A stretch of 64,000 nt of DNA from an uncultured Gemmatimonadales bacterium. GTDB lineage: Bacteria; Gemmatimonadota; Gemmatimonadetes; Gemmatimonadales; GWC2-71-9. The position numbers and the translations under genes are program-made. Position 1 is the stretch's first letter; each line of letters starts with the position of its first letter. This document shows, piece by piece, positions 62,201-64,000 of the stretch. The stretch covers positions 1-64,000 of the forward strand of contig CAWJIM010000005.1 of assembly GCA_963842945.1 (NCBI GenBank), written 5' to 3'. A model generated the notes under the pieces. The model made no database searches and had not been told where the DNA came from. It was given only the letters and a program-made list of their open reading frames with translations.

Positions 62201-63395
62201 CGCGGGTAACCTGAGCGCTTTCACAGATGCCGGCGCGTGCGCCACACTCACGATCGATAAGACGCCGCCGGAAGTGACGATCAATAGAGGTGGAACACAA
62301 GATGATCCGACGAATGCCTCGCCGATCAACTTCAAGGTTGTGTTCAGCGAAAATGTCAGTGACTTCGCCACCGGAGACGTCACATTGAGTGGAGCGGCGG
62401 GCGCCACGACAGCGACGGTGACGGGGAGCGGAACCACGTATTACGTCGCCGTAAGCGGGATGACTGGCGACGGAACGGTGATCGCAAGCATCGCGGCCGA
62501 TGTGGCTCACGACGGCGCTGGGAACGGGAATAACGCGTCCACCGGCACCGCTTCAGTAGTGTATGACCACACACCACCAGTCATCGTGTGCGGCACGGCT
62601 GACGGAGCCTGGCATGCCGGAGATGTATCGATCGGTTGCACGGCAACGGATGCCACGTCCGGGTTGGCGAGTGCAGCCGATGCCAGCTTCAGCCTGACGA
62701 CCAATGTCGCGGCCAACACCGAGACCAATAACGCGTCGACCAACTCACGCACGGTCTTCGACAAGGCGGGCAACAGCTCGGTCGGCGGTCCAATCAATGG
62801 CAACATGGTGGACAAGAAGGCGCCCCAGGTCGCGCTGACGTGTCCGGCAGACCTGGTGATTCTGAACGCGTCTGTGAACGCGACCTGGGCGGCAAGCGAC
62901 GGAGGTTCCGGCGTTACTCCCAGCGGAACTGTACCGCTGGTGACCAACTCCATCGGCTCGAAGACCGCAAGTGTCACGGTACACGACAACGTGGGCAATC
63001 CCAACTCCAGCAGCTGCGGCTACACCATCGGGTATAGCTTCTCCGGCTTCTCCGCCCCGGTCGACCGGCCGACCACGATGAACATCTCCAAGGTCGGCCA
63101 GGCCATCCCACTTAAGTGGCGGCTGACCGATGCTAGCGGCCGGGGGATAGCGGGGGTGACGAGCGTGGCAGTACAAGCCTATGATCTGAACTGCTCCCTC
63201 GGGAGCACCCTGGACGTGGTGGAGGAATACGCGGGTAACTCAGGACTCCAGGATTTGGGAGACGGCTACTACCAGTTCAACTGGAAGACGCCGAGTAGCT
63301 ATCTGAACAGCTGTAAGAAGATCGCGCTTACGTTCGGCAGCGGAGGTCTCGGTTATACCGAGAAGCCGGCGGCATACTTCACCTTCAAGAAATAA
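59214..63395 (+). CDS. Large Ig-like repeat surface lipoprotein with C-terminal PxKF domain (many frameshifts)
   Basis: GAGGAG SD; lipobox FALAC; five PTVTINQ...PINFTVVFSE repeats; three PPAVSNVAV...VC.RG.D.AGN repeats; FSGFSAPV...GQAIPLKW...YQFNWKT. Confidence 0.82.
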
Positions 63396-63418
63396 GTCAG
63401 CCTATAGTGACAGAACGG

Positions 63419-63447
63419 AGGCCCGGCACCCGCCGGGCCTTTGTTTT
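63419..63447 (+). terminator. Intrinsic terminator
   Basis: AGGCCCGGC-ACCC-GCCGGGCCT-TTGTTTT. Confidence 0.88.
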
Positions 63448-63495
63448 GTCTCACCACATGGACCGCTGACCGGAACATGGCTATGCTGCCACCCG

Positions 63496-64000
63496 ATGCG
63501 ACTCTGCCTCCTCAGCATGGAGATCTTCGCCTGGGGCAAGCACGGTGGTTACGGCCGGGCCACCCGCGTGATCGGCCGAGAGCTGGTCCGCCGGGGCGTC
63601 GAAGTCTCCGCCGTTGTGCCCCTTCGGGGTAACCAGCGGCCGGTTGAACAACTGGATGGGATCCAGGTGCTCGGCTTTCCGCCCCGGGCACCCTGGAAGG
63701 CGGCCCGCCTCCTCCAGGAAGCCCGTGCAGACATCTATCACTCGCAGGAGCCCTCCTTCACCACGTATCTCGCCCAGCGAGTCATGCCCGGCCGCAAGCA
63801 TCTGGTGACCCTGCGCGATACCCACGAGTGGAGCGACTGGCTGGCCGAGCTCCGGCACCCGTCGCTCAACCGAAGGCAGGTGCTGGCCAACAAGTTGTTC
63901 GAGGACAATCCGCTCGTCCAACGCGCAGTGCGCCGGGCCCACCGGGTGTATTGCGCCGCCGAGTTCCTGCGGGCCAAGGCGCAACGCAAGTACCGATTGA
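63496..64000 (+). CDS. Glycosyltransferase (GT4-like N-terminal domain), runs off the window
   Basis: MRLCLLSMEIFAWGKHGGYGRATRVIGRELVRRGVEV...ADIYHSQEP; frame is open to the window end. Confidence 0.8.
   Translation, partial: MRLCLLSMEIFAWGKHGGYGRATRVIGRELVRRGVEVSAVVPLRGNQRPVEQLDGIQVLGFPPRAPWKAARLLQEARADIYHSQEPSFTTYLAQRVMPGRKHLVTLRDTHEWSDWLAELRHPSLNRRQVLANKLFEDNPLVQRAVRRAHRVYCAAEFLRAKAQRKYRL

Noticed and set aside
59980..62580. CRISPR array or diversity-generating-retroelement template/variable repeats
   Set aside because: The repeats are ~310-340 bp protein-domain repeats with synonymous divergence; there are no spacers, cas genes or reverse transcriptase in the window.

Overview
High-GC bacterial chromosomal DNA, most likely Gemmatimonadota (inferred from the 'L.DRY.IERELG.GGMA.VYLA.D..H.R.VA.K' Ser/Thr kinases and BTAD/SARP-TPR regulators). 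Bases ~240-6640 form an integrase-less island bounded by two near-identical 52-bp repeats containing a tRNA-Phe 3' half. It has arm-type repeats and a terminator, and carries a signalling cassette: a Ser/Thr kinase, a BTAD activator, a multi-TM GAF/Zn-ribbon kinase and a small, possibly histone-fold-like protein. Next come a 3-keto-glycoside-type operon with an inserted tandem ferritin-like gene, several envelope genes, and one long coupled GbsR-RND-MFS-MoxR/Bat operon. These are followed by degP, an M1 peptidase-otsAB-POT operon, an ArsR/dehydratase/RidA/Qor unit, chrB, M28/MFS/DUF5916 genes and an ATP-grasp/adenylation-rich polysaccharide cluster. The last part holds a sulfurtransferase preceded by a leaderless Cys-Cys-Cys leader peptide with terminator/antiterminator, a membrane BTAD-TPR regulator, and a large Ig-repeat PxKF lipoprotein behind a c-di-GMP-I riboswitch. 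Many single-base frameshifts suggest long-read assembly errors. All calls are by eye; no searches were run.
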